This document shows positions 1-10,092 of a stretch of DNA of 64,000 nt, piece after piece. The DNA is from Thiohalophilus sp. (lineage in GTDB: Bacteria > Pseudomonadota > Gammaproteobacteria > UBA6429 > Thiohalophilaceae), in the NCBI RefSeq assembly GCF_034521165.1, contig NZ_JAXHMV010000002.1:197467-261466 (forward strand), read 5' to 3'. Each line of letters opens with the position of its first letter. Position 1 is the stretch's first letter. The notes beneath the pieces are model-generated. The model was not told the origin of the DNA. It searched no databases and saw only the letters and a program-made list of their open reading frames with translations. A program made the position numbers and the translations under genes.

Positions 1-29
1 GCGCCGGGATTCGGTATAATGCCGGGTTT

Positions 30-2888
30 GTGACCATCAACTCACTGGCAAGCAACCGAATCGGATGTTCCGTGGACAAGACTTATAACCCGCAAGCGAT
101 CGAACAGCGCTGGTATGACAGCTGGGAACAGAACGACTATTTCGCCCCCGCCGGAACGGGCGAGCCCTTCTGCATCATGATCCCGCCGCCCAATGTCACC
201 GGCAGCCTGCACATGGGTCACGCCTTCCAGGACACCATTATGGATGCCCTGACCCGCTATCATCGCATGAAAGGCGACAATGCCCTGTGGCAACCGGGTA
301 CCGACCATGCCGGCATCGCCACCCAGATGGTGGTCGAACGCATTGTCAATGCCGAAGGCCAAACCCGCCACGACATCGGGCGCGAGAAATTCATCGAAAA
401 GATCTGGGAATGGAAGGAAGAATCCGGCGGCACCATCACCCGCCAGCTGCGCCGCATGGGCGCCTCCCCCGACTGGCAGCACGAACGTTTTACCATGGAC
501 GCCGGTCTGTCCGACGCGGTCAAGGAAGTCTTCGTCCGACTGTATGAAGAAGGACTGATCTATCGCGGCAAACGCCTGGTCAACTGGGATCCGGTATTGC
601 ATACCGCCGTGTCCGATCTCGAAGTACTCTCCGGGGAAGAAAACGGCCAGCTGTGGCACATGCGCTATCCGTTGACCAACGGTACCGGCCATTTGATCGT
701 CGCCACCACCCGTCCCGAAACCCTGCTGGGCGACTGTGCCGTCGCCATTCACCCGGGCGACGAACGCTATAAACATTTGCTCGGGGAATTCGTCGAACTG
801 CCCCTGACCGGCCGACGCATCCCGATCATCGCCGACGAGTATGTCGATCCCGAATTCGGTACCGGTTGCGTCAAGATCACCGCCGCGCACGATTTCAACG
901 ACTACCAGGTCTGGCAACGTCATCGCGATGAAACGCCGATTGCCGAGCAGCCCCATGGCGGTCTGATCAATATCTTTACCGACAGTGCCGCCGTGCGCGA
1001 CAACCTGCCCGACGAGGGGCAGTTGCTGCCCGCCGCCTACATCGGCCTGGATCGCGTCGAGGCGCGCAAACAGATCATCGCCGATCTCGAGGCGCAGGAT
1101 CTGCTGGAGAAAATCGAACCGCACAAACTGATGGTGCCGCGCGGCGATCGTTCCGGCGCGGTCATCGAACCATTTTTGACCGACCAGTGGTACGTCAAGA
1201 TCAAACCACTGGCCGGGCCGGCCATCGACGCGGTGGAAGACGGGCGTATCCGTTTCGTGCCGGAGAACTGGAAAAACACCTATTTCGAATGGATGCGCAA
1301 TATCGAGGACTGGTGCATCAGTCGCCAGATCTGGTGGGGCCATCGGATTCCGGCCTGGTATGACAAGGACGGTAATATTTACGTCGGTCGCGATGAACAG
1401 GAAGTCCGTCGCCAGCATAGCCTGCCCGATGCTCTCGCCCTGCAGCAGGACGAGGATGTTCTCGATACCTGGTTCAGTTCCGCGCTGTGGCCCTTCTCCA
1501 CCCTGGGCTGGCCCGAGGACACCGAACGTCTGAACACCTTCTACCCCACCAGTGTGCTGGTCACCGGTTTTGACATTATCTTCTTCTGGGTCGCGCGGAT
1601 GATCATGATGGGGCTCAAGTTCATGGACGATGTCCCGTTTCGCGAGATCTATATCCACGGCCTGGTGCGCGACGCGCACGGCCAGAAGATGTCCAAATCC
1701 AAGGGCAACGTGCTCGATCCCATCGATCTCATCGACGGCATCGAACTCGAGGCCCTGGTGGAAAAACGCACCAGAGGCATGATGCAACCGCATCTGGCCG
1801 AGAAGATCGCCAAACAGACGCGCAAGGATTTCCCCGACGGGATTCCCGCCTTCGGCACCGATGCATTGCGCTTCACCTTCGCCGCCCTCGCCTCCACCGG
1901 CCGCGACATCAACTTCGACATGGGCCGTATCGAGGGTTATCGCAACTTCTGTAACAAACTGTGGAACGCGGCCCGTTATGTGCTGATGAACACCGAGGGC
2001 CAGGATTGCGGGCAGGAGGGCGGCGAAGTGGCGTTATCCGTCGCAGACAACTGGATCATCAGCCGCCTGCAGGAAACCGAACAACAGATCAACAAGGCCA
2101 TCGGCGAGTACCGCTTCGATCGTGCCGCCAACGCACTGTACGAATTTACCTGGAACGAATACTGCGACTGGTATCTGGAGCTGTCCAAACCGGTATTGAT
2201 GAGTGACGCCGCCAGTGACGCCGCCAAACGCGGTACCCGCCGCACCCTGGTCCGGGTGCTCGAGGCGATATTACGCCTGGCGCACCCGATCATGCCCTAC
2301 ATTACCGAGGAGATCTGGCAAAAAGTCGCCCCCCTGGCCGCCCGGCAGGGCGAGACCATCATGACCCAGCCCTACCCCGAAGCGGACAGGAACAAAATCG
2401 ACAATACCGCGGTCGAGGAGATGGAGTGGGTCAAGCAGTTCATTGTCGGTATTCGCCAGATCCGCAGTGGCATGGACATCAAACCGGGCAAACCGCTGCC
2501 GGTGATGCTGCAGCACTACAGCAATACGGATCAAGAACGGGTCGAGCGACACCGGCATTATCTGCAGAACCTGGCGAAGATCGAATCTATCGCGTGGCTG
2601 TCCGGGAACGAAGAAGCCCCGGAATCGGCCACCGCCCTGGTGGATGACTTGCAGATCCTCATCCCCATGGCCGGCCTGATCGACAAGGAAGCCGAACTGG
2701 CCCGTCTGGGCAAGGAGATCGACAAACTCGACGATCAGGCCAGACGGATCGACGGCAAATTGAATAATCCCAATTTCGTCGACAAGGCACCGGAGGCCGT
2801 GGTGCAAAAAGAGCGCGACAAACTCCGGGAGATTCAGGGCTCCCTGCAGCAGCTCAAAAGCCAGAAAGAGAAAATCGCCAACCTCTGA
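30..2888 (+). CDS. valS: valine--tRNA ligase
   Basis: The 952-aa ORF carries class I aaRS signatures [13 protein letters not shown] (HIGH type) and KMSKSKGN and ends in a long C-terminal coiled coil. ValRS N-termini normally begin near [15 protein letters not shown], so a GTG start at 72 is about as likely as 30. Confidence 0.97.
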   Translation: MTINSLASNRIGCSVDKTYNPQAIEQRWYDSWEQNDYFAPAGTGEPFCIMIPPPNVTGSLHMGHAFQDTIMDALTRYHRMKGDNALWQPGTDHAGIATQMVVERIVNAEGQTRHDIGREKFIEKIWEWKEESGGTITRQLRRMGASPDWQHERFTMDAGLSDAVKEVFVRLYEEGLIYRGKRLVNWDPVLHTAVSDLEVLSGEENGQLWHMRYPLTNGTGHLIVATTRPETLLGDCAVAIHPGDERYKHLLGEFVELPLTGRRIPIIADEYVDPEFGTGCVKITAAHDFNDYQVWQRHRDETPIAEQPHGGLINIFTDSAAVRDNLPDEGQLLPAAYIGLDRVEARKQIIADLEAQDLLEKIEPHKLMVPRGDRSGAVIEPFLTDQWYVKIKPLAGPAIDAVEDGRIRFVPENWKNTYFEWMRNIEDWCISRQIWWGHRIPAWYDKDGNIYVGRDEQEVRRQHSLPDALALQQDEDVLDTWFSSALWPFSTLGWPEDTERLNTFYPTSVLVTGFDIIFFWVARMIMMGLKFMDDVPFREIYIHGLVRDAHGQKMSKSKGNVLDPIDLIDGIELEALVEKRTRGMMQPHLAEKIAKQTRKDFPDGIPAFGTDALRFTFAALASTGRDINFDMGRIEGYRNFCNKLWNAARYVLMNTEGQDCGQEGGEVALSVADNWIISRLQETEQQINKAIGEYRFDRAANALYEFTWNEYCDWYLELSKPVLMSDAASDAAKRGTRRTLVRVLEAILRLAHPIMPYITEEIWQKVAPLAARQGETIMTQPYPEADRNKIDNTAVEEMEWVKQFIVGIRQIRSGMDIKPGKPLPVMLQHYSNTDQERVERHRHYLQNLAKIESIAWLSGNEEAPESATALVDDLQILIPMAGLIDKEAELARLGKEIDKLDDQARRIDGKLNNPNFVDKAPEAVVQKERDKLREIQGSLQQLKSQKEKIANL

Positions 2889-2995
2889 CCCCGGTAAAGG
2901 CCTCTTTCGAGGCCTTCATGCCCTGTCCCCGTCGCTGTTTTTATCCATGACGGTGAGCTTTCCCTATCCCCCAACCGGGTAACTCACACCGCCAT

Positions 2996-3030
2996 AAAAA
3001 AAGCCCCGCGATTTCTCGCGGGGCTTTTTT
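2996..3030. terminator. bidirectional rho-independent terminator between convergent valS and csp genes
   Basis: A perfect 10-bp GC-rich stem, AGCCCCGCGA / TCGCGGGGCT, has a TTTC loop. It is flanked by an A-run on the left and a T-run on the right. Confidence 0.7.
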
Positions 3031-3052
3031 GAGACAGCAGATGTTTTAAGGC

Positions 3053-3253
3053 TTAGGCCTGGACATCTGTCGCCTGCGGGCCCTTCTGGCCATTCTCGAC
3101 ATTGAAAGTCACAGATTGACCTTCAGTCAGGGTCTTGAAGCCTGAACCTGAGATAGCAGAGAAGTGAACAAACACGTCCTTGCTGCCGTCAGAAGGAGAA
3201 ATAAAGCCGAAGCCCTTGGATTCGTTAAACCACTTAACGGTTCCTGTTACCAT
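3053..3253 (-). CDS. cold-shock protein, CspA family
   Basis: The 66-aa product has the motifs [12 protein letters not shown] (RNP1) and VFVHFSAI (RNP2). A long AT-rich upstream region (3254-3450) is typical of csp 5' UTRs. Confidence 0.95.
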   Translation of the reverse strand: MVTGTVKWFNESKGFGFISPSDGSKDVFVHFSAISGSGFKTLTEGQSVTFNVENGQKGPQATDVQA

Positions 3254-3639
3254 GATAATTTACCTATTCATAAAGTTATTAATAAAAAATGCGATACACG
3301 TCTTGCGAGGTTTTCAACAGGTATTATCTTGGTAAGAAATACTGACAAGAACCAGAGAAATGTAGCGTGGGTGTATTATATACCGAAGTTGAACCGGAAA
3401 TACTACACATTTTTACGATATTGGGCCAAATATCGTCATTACAACCCCTCCCGACTCACAAAACAGCAAAATACCGGTTTAAATCCCCGTCCTGGCCGGA
3501 CCCGGGCATTAACGTCGGCTCACAAATACCGCCCGCCCCTGTAATCCCTCAATACAGCTGATGGTTAATCCGACGTATCACAAACCGCGAGCTGACCCGG
3601 ATTTGTCACAAAGCAACTAAATAAAAATTCCCAATACCC

Positions 3640-3770
3640 GCTCCCCCCCCTGCAGGGTGGAACAAGCGACGCGGTTCCACCTGAGCCCCGGCAAAACCGG
3701 GATCTGGCGCGTTGCGCCTTGTTCCAGGCGACTCAGTAAAATGGACGGGTAGTCGGAACACGTATTCAGA
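3640..3770 (+). promoter_or_regulatory. structured 5' leader upstream of the Mo-hydroxylase operon (candidate Moco-type riboswitch)
   Basis: Helix CTGAG(3681-3685)/CTCAG(3732-3736) encloses hairpins CCCGG-CAAAA-CCGGG (3687-3701) and GGCGC-GTT-GCGCC (3706-3718). Two pairings are mutually exclusive: GGTGGAAC(3656-3663)/GTTCCACC(3674-3681) and GGAACAAG(3659-3666)/CTTGTTCC(3718-3725). The element lies upstream of molybdoenzyme and Moco-maturation genes. Confidence 0.3.
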
Positions 3771-3842
3771 TGGCCCGGTGTGACATCCACAAAAGGCATG
3801 CTAGGCTAATAAGGCTTCATACAATGAAGAAAGGCGTCTCGC

Positions 3843-4316
3843 ATGGTCACACTTTTCGTCAATGGCGAATCACACTCCCTCGATATCGAGCCCGACATGC
3901 CGCTGCTGTGGGCGCTGCGCGACATACTGGGGCTGACCGGCACCAAGTACGGCTGTGGCATCGCGGTGTGCGGTGCCTGCGTGGTACATGTGAACGACAA
4001 ACCGGTACGCGCCTGCATTACGCCGGTTGATTCCGTGCAGGGCAAGGCGATTACCACCATCGAAAAAGTCAGCTCCCCGGTCGCCAAAGCGGTGCAAAAC
4101 GCCTGGGAAGAGCATGATGTCGTGCAGTGTGGGTATTGTCAGTCCGGCCAGATCATGAGCGCCATCGCCTTGCTGGAGAACAACCCGCAGCCCGATGATG
4201 CGGCAATTAACGACGCCATGCGCGATAACCTGTGCCGCTGTCACACCTATGTGCGCATTCGCCAGGCCATTCACAGCGCGGCCCGGACCCTCGCTGACCA
4301 GGGCGGTGTGGCATGA
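3843..4316 (+). CDS. (2Fe-2S)-binding small subunit of a xanthine-dehydrogenase-family molybdenum hydroxylase (IorA/CoxS type)
   Basis: The 157-aa product has two [2Fe-2S] cysteine clusters: GCGIAVCGAC, then QCGYCQSGQ ... CRC. Confidence 0.9.
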   Translation: MVTLFVNGESHSLDIEPDMPLLWALRDILGLTGTKYGCGIAVCGACVVHVNDKPVRACITPVDSVQGKAITTIEKVSSPVAKAVQNAWEEHDVVQCGYCQSGQIMSAIALLENNPQPDDAAINDAMRDNLCRCHTYVRIRQAIHSAARTLADQGGVA

Positions 4317-6511
4317 GCCGCCGGCGCTTTGACATCCGGCGGCGCGAGTTTCTGATCACCAGCCTGGGTGCCGGTGCCGGCCTGACCCTCGGACTTTATC
4401 TCGGTGGCTGCGATCGAAATGGGAAAAAACCGACCCCAATCGGACCGGATCCGGCTGACGACAGCAGCGAGATCCTCTTTAAACCCAATGCTTTTGTGCG
4501 CATTACCGACGACGACAAGGTCATCGTGATTATCAAACACCTGGAAATGGGTCAGGGCACCTATACCGGGCTGGCGGCCCTGGTCGCCGAAGAGCTGGAT
4601 GCCGACTGGACGCAAATCGTCAGTGAAGGTGCCCCGGCCGATGCCAGTCGCTATAACAACCTGTTCTGGGGACAGATCCAGGGCACCGGCGGCAGTACCG
4701 CCATGCCCAACTCCTTTGACCAGATGCGCAAGGCCGGCGCCACCGCCCGGCACATGCTGGTCGCCGCGGCCGCACAACAGTGGCATGTGGACAGCGATGA
4801 CATCCAGGTGGAAAAAGGCATCCTTAAGCATCCTGATTCCGGACAACAGGCCCGCTTCGGCGAGCTGGCCGATCTCGCCGCGCAGCAGCCCGTCCCCGAC
4901 GACGTCTTTCTCAAGGAACCGGAACAGTTCACCCTGATCGGCACCACCGTACCGCGCAAGGACAGCAAGGAAAAAGTCAACGGCACGGCCATTTACACCC
5001 AGGACATCCAGCTGCCCGACATGCTGGTGGCGGTCGTCGCCCATCCGCCCCGCTTCGGCGCCAGGGTCAGACGTTTCGATGCCGTCGAAACCCGCAAGGT
5101 CCGAGGCGTGCGCGAAGTGATCGAGATTCCCAACGGCGTGGCGGTGCTGGCCGAGCATACCTGGGCCGCGATCAAGGGGCGCGATGCCCTGGTCGTCGAG
5201 TGGGATGAAAGTAACGCGTTTAACCTGAGCAGCGATGAAATCCTCGCCGATTACCAGCAACGGGCCCGGCACCCCGGTAACGTCGCACATCAAAACGGCG
5301 ACAGCGAGAAAGCACTCAACGAGGCTGCCGAACGGATCGATCTGGAGTTTGAATTTCCCTATCTGGCCCACGCCGCCATGGAGCCGCTCAACTGCGTGGT
5401 ACAGCGCACCGATGACGGGGTGACCCTCTGGAACGGGGTGCAATCGCAAACCGCCGATCAGCAGGCCGTGGCCGGGCTGTTTGGTATCAAACCGGAACAG
5501 GTGACAATCAATATGCTCTACGCCGGCGGTTCCTTCGGCCGACGCGGCAATCCCCACTCCGACTACGTGGTGGAAGCCGCCAGCATCGTCAAGGCGCTGG
5601 ATACCCGCAGGCCGGTGAAAATGGTCTGGACGCGCGAGGACGACACCCGGGCCGGGTACTTTCGTCCGCTCTACTATCACACCCTCTCCGCCGCGCTGGA
5701 TGACAACGGCAAACCGGTGGCCTGGCAACATCGTATCGTTGGCCAGTCGATCATGACCGGGACCGGGTTTGAATCGAACATGGTGGAAAATGGCGTCGAT
5801 GCCACCTCGGTGGAAGGCGCCGCCAATCTGCCCTACGCCATCCCGAATATCACGGTCGATCTGCATTCGCCCACACTCCCGGTACCGGTGCAATGGTGGC
5901 GCTCGGTCGGCTCCACCCATACGGCCTTTGCGGTGGAGACCATGATCGATCAACTGGCGCGTCGCGCCGGCCGGGATCCGGTCGAATTCCGACGCGAGTT
6001 ACTCAACGATCGGCCCCGTCATCGAGTGATTCTCGATCTGGCCGCGCAAAAAGCCGGTTGGGGAACGCCGCTGCCCGAAGGCCGGGCCCGTGGTATCGCC
6101 CTGCACAGGTCCTTTAACAGCTATGTCGCCGAGGTGGCGGAAGTGACCTTGCACAGTGACAACCGGTTCAGCGTCGACAAGGTGATTATTGCCATCGACT
6201 GCGGCATCGCCGTCACCCCGGACGTGATCCGGGCGCAGATGGAAGGCGGCATGGGCTTTGGCCTCTCGCCCACCCTGCTCAGCGAGATCACCCTGGATAA
6301 CGGCGCAGTGGTACAGGGCAACTACCACGACTTTCGGATGATCACACTCGATCAGATGCCCGAAGTCGAAGTCCATATTGTCGAATCCACCCAGCCGCCC
6401 ACCGGGGTGGGTGAGCCGGCCACGCCGGTCATCGCGCCGGCGGTGGCCAATGCCCTGACCGCTCTGACCGGCCAGGCGTTTCAACGCCTGCCGTTGACGT
6501 TGTCCGCCTGA
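4313..6511 (+). CDS. molybdopterin-binding large subunit (IorB / aldehyde-oxidase-like), Tat-exported
   Basis: The 732-aa product has a twin-arginine motif (RRREFLITSLGAGAGL) at the N-terminus and is an aldehyde oxidase/xanthine dehydrogenase type large subunit. Its start overlaps the upstream gene by 4 nt. Confidence 0.9.
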   Translation: MSRRRFDIRRREFLITSLGAGAGLTLGLYLGGCDRNGKKPTPIGPDPADDSSEILFKPNAFVRITDDDKVIVIIKHLEMGQGTYTGLAALVAEELDADWTQIVSEGAPADASRYNNLFWGQIQGTGGSTAMPNSFDQMRKAGATARHMLVAAAAQQWHVDSDDIQVEKGILKHPDSGQQARFGELADLAAQQPVPDDVFLKEPEQFTLIGTTVPRKDSKEKVNGTAIYTQDIQLPDMLVAVVAHPPRFGARVRRFDAVETRKVRGVREVIEIPNGVAVLAEHTWAAIKGRDALVVEWDESNAFNLSSDEILADYQQRARHPGNVAHQNGDSEKALNEAAERIDLEFEFPYLAHAAMEPLNCVVQRTDDGVTLWNGVQSQTADQQAVAGLFGIKPEQVTINMLYAGGSFGRRGNPHSDYVVEAASIVKALDTRRPVKMVWTREDDTRAGYFRPLYYHTLSAALDDNGKPVAWQHRIVGQSIMTGTGFESNMVENGVDATSVEGAANLPYAIPNITVDLHSPTLPVPVQWWRSVGSTHTAFAVETMIDQLARRAGRDPVEFRRELLNDRPRHRVILDLAAQKAGWGTPLPEGRARGIALHRSFNSYVAEVAEVTLHSDNRFSVDKVIIAIDCGIAVTPDVIRAQMEGGMGFGLSPTLLSEITLDNGAVVQGNYHDFRMITLDQMPEVEVHIVESTQPPTGVGEPATPVIAPAVANALTALTGQAFQRLPLTLSA

Positions 6512-6522
6512 GGGAGACGGCC

Positions 6523-7509
6523 ATGGAAGCCTGGGGAACCGACCGTGAAGTCATCCGTACCGCCCACCAGTGGTTGCAACAGGGCCACGCGCTGGTACTG
6601 GTCACCGTATTGAAAACCTGGGGCTCCTCACCCCGTCCGCCCGGTTCGCTGCTGGTGATGCGCCCGGACGGCGTGCATGCCGGTTCGGTTTCCGGGGGGT
6701 GCGTGGAGGAGGATCTGCTGGCCCGCTTTTCCAACAATGAGCTGAGCGAACAGCTGCCGACCCGTCTGGATTACGGCGTCGATCGCCAGGAAGCCACCCG
6801 CTTCGGTCTGCCCTGCGGCGGACGGCTGGAACTGTTACTGGAACAATTAAACGATCCGGATCAACTGCAGCCGTTGCTCAGCGCCATGCAAGAGGGGGAA
6901 CTGGTCAGCCGCCGGGTGGATCTGGCCAGCGGCGACGTCACCCTGGCACCGGCCAGTGCCAATCAGGAGTTTGCCTATGGCGAGGCATCGGTCAGCAAGG
7001 TCTTCGGACCGCAATGGCAAATGCTGTTGATCGGGGCCGGGCACCTGTCCCGGTATGTCTCGCAACTGGCCCTGATGCTCGATTACCAGGTCATCGTTTG
7101 CGATCCGCGCCAGGAATACGCCGCCGGCTGGCAGGTGCCCGGCACGCAACTGACCGGCATGATGCCGGACGAGGCGGTCGGCGAATATGCCGGTCATACC
7201 CGCAGCATCGTGCTTGCCCTCACTCACGATCCCAAACTGGATGATATGGCGCTGCTCGATGCACTCGATTCCAACGCCTTTTATGTCGGTGCCATTGGTT
7301 CGCAACGCAACTGCGAGGCGCGGCGGCGGCGCCTGCAGGAACTGGGATTGTCTAAAGCGCAAATCCGCCGTCTGCATGCGCCGGTGGGACTGGATATCGG
7401 CAGCCATACGCCACCGGAGATCGCCCTCGCCATCCTGGCGGAAATCACCGCCCTGCGCAATTCGGCCACCGCCGTCGTACGCAACCCCCATGCCGTCAAC
7501 GTGGCATGA
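6523..7509 (+). CDS. XdhC/CoxI family molybdoenzyme maturation protein
   Basis: The 328-aa product has an XdhC-type N-terminal domain and a Rossmann-like C-terminal domain (LLIGAGHLSRYV). It sits directly after the Mo-hydroxylase subunits. Confidence 0.85.
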   Translation: MEAWGTDREVIRTAHQWLQQGHALVLVTVLKTWGSSPRPPGSLLVMRPDGVHAGSVSGGCVEEDLLARFSNNELSEQLPTRLDYGVDRQEATRFGLPCGGRLELLLEQLNDPDQLQPLLSAMQEGELVSRRVDLASGDVTLAPASANQEFAYGEASVSKVFGPQWQMLLIGAGHLSRYVSQLALMLDYQVIVCDPRQEYAAGWQVPGTQLTGMMPDEAVGEYAGHTRSIVLALTHDPKLDDMALLDALDSNAFYVGAIGSQRNCEARRRRLQELGLSKAQIRRLHAPVGLDIGSHTPPEIALAILAEITALRNSATAVVRNPHAVNVA

Positions 7510-8096
7510 GCATTACCGGTATTCTGCTGGCCGCCGGCCTGAGCCAACGCTTCGGCAGCAATAAATTATTACAGCCCCTGTCAGATCAAACGCCGATGGT
7601 GGTGCATTGCGCCCGTCGCCTGAAAGCGGTGCTATCCGAAAACGTGGCCGTGGTCGGTCCCGATGATGCCACCACCGCCGAGTTGTTAAGCCGCGAAGGC
7701 CTGCAGGTTGTCATCAACCCGCACCCCGACGCCGGCATGGGCAGCAGTCTCGCCTGCGCGATACGCGCCGTGCACGAAGCGTCGGGCTGGCTGGTTATGC
7801 TGGGAGATATGCCCTGGATCGATAAACAAACAATTCGGGCGGTCGCCACCGAACTGCGACAGCCGCGCGACATCGTCGCACCGCTGTACGGCGATCGACG
7901 CGGCCACCCGGTCGGCTTCGGCAGTGCCTATGTCCGGGATCTGATCGCCCTGGACGGCGACCAGGGTGCGCGCGCCATTGTGAACGCCAACCCGCAACAT
8001 CTGACCCTGGTTTCGGTCAACGACCCCGGCATATTGCGGGATGTGGATTATCCGGAAGATTTATCGAGTGCTGAGCACCAAGTACCAAGTTCTTAG
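7506..8096 (+). CDS. MobA-like NTP transferase (molybdenum cofactor cytidylyltransferase MocA type)
   Basis: The 196-aa product has the N-terminal loop GILLAAGLSQRFG. Its start overlaps the xdhC-like gene by 4 nt. The last ~10 codons run into repeat element A. Confidence 0.8.
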   Translation: MSITGILLAAGLSQRFGSNKLLQPLSDQTPMVVHCARRLKAVLSENVAVVGPDDATTAELLSREGLQVVINPHPDAGMGSSLACAIRAVHEASGWLVMLGDMPWIDKQTIRAVATELRQPRDIVAPLYGDRRGHPVGFGSAYVRDLIALDGDQGARAIVNANPQHLTLVSVNDPGILRDVDYPEDLSSAEHQVPSS

Positions 8097-8476
8097 TACT
8101 TAGTACTTAGTACTTAGTCGGGTAGGTCAGGGTGCGCGTAGCGCTCCCTGACAAACCAACCAGAAGATAGCTTGCGAGATCCATTTAGAATTAATTTTGT
8201 GCCCGACTCTCGCAGAGACGCAGAGCGCGCGAAGAATAAACGCGTTCAGTTTCTCTGCGTCTTGGCGTCTCTGCGAGAGATCAGCAGGGGTGTCACGCAG
8301 GCTATCGCCAGCGTAACCTACGTAACTGGACTGGTTATCCGAAATATCCTTATCGGTGAGTTCAGTGTATTCGGTGTCCCCGGTGGTTTCCCGCTGATTT
8401 TTATAAACACGAAATACCCATCAGTCGGTCAATCTCAGGACTCAGCACTCAGCACTCAGAACTCAGAACTCGGCAC
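8066..8476. repeat. composite palindromic low-complexity intergenic element, copy A
   Basis: The left arm is eight degenerate heptamers (GAGTGCT GAGCACC AAGTACC AAGTTCT TAGTACT x3 TAGTCGG, 8066-8121). The right arm is six heptamers of the inverse type (TCAGGAC TCAGCAC x2 TCAGAAC x2 TCGGCAC, 8435-8476). It encloses a GTAG-headed REP-like hairpin (8121-8152) and an inner CGCAGAG-type hairpin (8207-8279). Confidence 0.6.
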
Positions 8477-8480
8477 TGAT

Positions 8481-8696
8481 TTACACTCCGGCCAGCGACA
8501 TCACCACTTTGACTACGCCGATGATAACGGCGATGAAAATCACCACACCAATGAGCCCGATGGTAATGTATTGCCAGGGTTTACCATGGGTAAAATCCCG
8601 TTCGTAATGCTTGCTTTTCTGCACACCCAGAAACGCCGCCATCACGCTCTTGGCCACGTCCCACAGACCCGGGGCCTGTTTATTCTCATCACTCAC
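8481..8696 (-). CDS. small membrane protein (DUF2970-like)
   Basis: The 71-aa product has a basic N-terminal half and a single C-terminal TM helix (ITIGLIGVVIFIAVIIGVV). The family assignment is from memory only. Confidence 0.6.
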   Translation of the reverse strand: MSDENKQAPGLWDVAKSVMAAFLGVQKSKHYERDFTHGKPWQYITIGLIGVVIFIAVIIGVVKVVMSLAGV

Positions 8697-8761
8697 TGCA
8701 CTATCCGCCTTGTCGATTGGTTAGCTTGATTGTTTGTTTGATCGGCAATTTACGCCCGGTA

Positions 8762-10033
8762 TTATAACTGGCGCGCCATGCGCTCGCCTTCTTTCACGTC
8801 GACCATCAGCAACAGAATGCCCCCGATCAGAAACAACAGCGTCACCGAAAGAATGGCCAGCCGCGAACTGTCGGTCAGCACGGCCACCGAACCCATCAGT
8901 ACCGGGCCGATCACCGCCGCAAACTTGCCCATCATGTTGTAAAAGCCGAAAAACTCGCCGGATTTCTCCGGCGGGATAATGCGCGCGTACAGCGATCGAC
9001 TCAGTGACTGTACGCCCCCCTGCACCAGGCCGATCACCACGGCCAGCAGGTAAAACTCATACACTTCCTGCATGAAATAGGCCCAGGTGGTGACGATAAA
9101 ATAGACGCACAGCGCGATCAGTATGCCGGCCTTGGCACCTATCCTGTTGCCGAGGATACCGAACAACAGCGCGGACGGAAACCCGACAAACTGGGTAATT
9201 AACAGGGCAACAATCAGATCGTTACTGTCAAAGCCGATCGACATGCCGTAATCCACCGCCATGCGCACCACGGTATCGACCCCGTCGATATAGAGCCAGT
9301 AGGCTACCAGGAACAGGGACACCACTTTCAGTCGGCGAATTTCGGCAAAGGTATTGCGCAATTGCCGAAAGCCGCCGCGCACCGCCTTGAACACCGGCAA
9401 CCGCAATCCTTCATCGGCCGGCACGTTGAATGCCAGCGGCAGGGTAAAAAGGGCCCACCAGATGGCCACGGTGATAAAGGCAAAGCGTACCGCCTCGCTG
9501 GCATCGGTGAAACCGAACCAGGTCGGATAGAGGGTCATCAGCACATCCAGGGTAAATAACAATCCGCCGCCGAGATACCCCAGGGAAAAACCGTAACCGG
9601 AGACCAGATCGTAATGCTCGGGGCGGGTGACCTTGACGATCAACGCATCGTAGAAGATCACGCTGCCCATAAAGCCGATCACACCCAGCGCATACAGGAC
9701 GGCCGCCGCCAGCCAGGCGCCTTTTTCCACGCCGTACAGTGCCGCGGTCATGATCATGCCCAGCGCGGCAAACGACAATAACAACCGCTTGCGGGCCTGA
9801 CCGGCATCGGCGATGGCCCCGAGAATTGGCGCCAGCAAAACGATCACGATGCCGGCGACGGAGTTGGCCACCCCCAGATGAAAGGTGCTGGTGGTCGCTG
9901 CCTGTCCGGCGCTCCAGTACTGTTTGAAAAAGACCGGAAACAGTCCCGCCAGCATGACCGTGGCAAAGGCCGAATTAGCCCAGTCATACAATGCCCAGGA
10001 AAGCACTTTCTTTTCGGTGAGCAGTTTCCACAT
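8762..10033 (-). CDS. MFS transporter, UMF1/Atg22-like family
   Basis: The 423-aa product has about 12 predicted TM segments. The N-terminal SWALYDWANSAF motif is typical of the UMF1 family. It lies directly downstream of the aas-like gene. Confidence 0.85.
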   Translation of the reverse strand: MWKLLTEKKVLSWALYDWANSAFATVMLAGLFPVFFKQYWSAGQAATTSTFHLGVANSVAGIVIVLLAPILGAIADAGQARKRLLLSFAALGMIMTAALYGVEKGAWLAAAVLYALGVIGFMGSVIFYDALIVKVTRPEHYDLVSGYGFSLGYLGGGLLFTLDVLMTLYPTWFGFTDASEAVRFAFITVAIWWALFTLPLAFNVPADEGLRLPVFKAVRGGFRQLRNTFAEIRRLKVVSLFLVAYWLYIDGVDTVVRMAVDYGMSIGFDSNDLIVALLITQFVGFPSALLFGILGNRIGAKAGILIALCVYFIVTTWAYFMQEVYEFYLLAVVIGLVQGGVQSLSRSLYARIIPPEKSGEFFGFYNMMGKFAAVIGPVLMGSVAVLTDSSRLAILSVTLLFLIGGILLLMVDVKEGERMARQL

Positions 10034-10092
10034 GCCGGTCTCGTTGTGTGTTTGTTGTTATTCGCGCAAGGCCCCTGCCCTGCCGGTATCGG

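Noticed and set aside
42-1793. A 583-aa minus-strand ORF lies inside valS. There are similar long antisense or alternative-frame ORFs at 4271-5953, 12310-14058, 16741-18708, 19858-20958, 21513-23306, 25050-25943, 36207-37400, 40441-41553, 43867-45072, 44994-46073, 53853-54722 and 59534-60994.
   Set aside because: Each lies entirely opposite or out of frame to a gene with unmistakable conserved motifs. Their products are low-complexity (Gly/Arg/Ala/His/Asp-rich) with no recognisable domains, which is typical of shadow ORFs in GC-rich DNA.
3164-3561. Two + strand ORFs (126 and 64 aa) lie in the AT-rich region upstream of the csp gene.
   Set aside because: One overlaps the csp coding sequence in antisense, and both run through its likely promoter and 5' UTR. 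Their composition is unlike the coding regions of this genome.
8172-8729. A 185-aa + strand ORF spans repeat element A and the antisense strand of the DUF2970 gene.
   Set aside because: It is composed of repeat-derived and antisense sequence and has no motifs. The region is better explained by the palindromic element plus the minus-strand small membrane protein.
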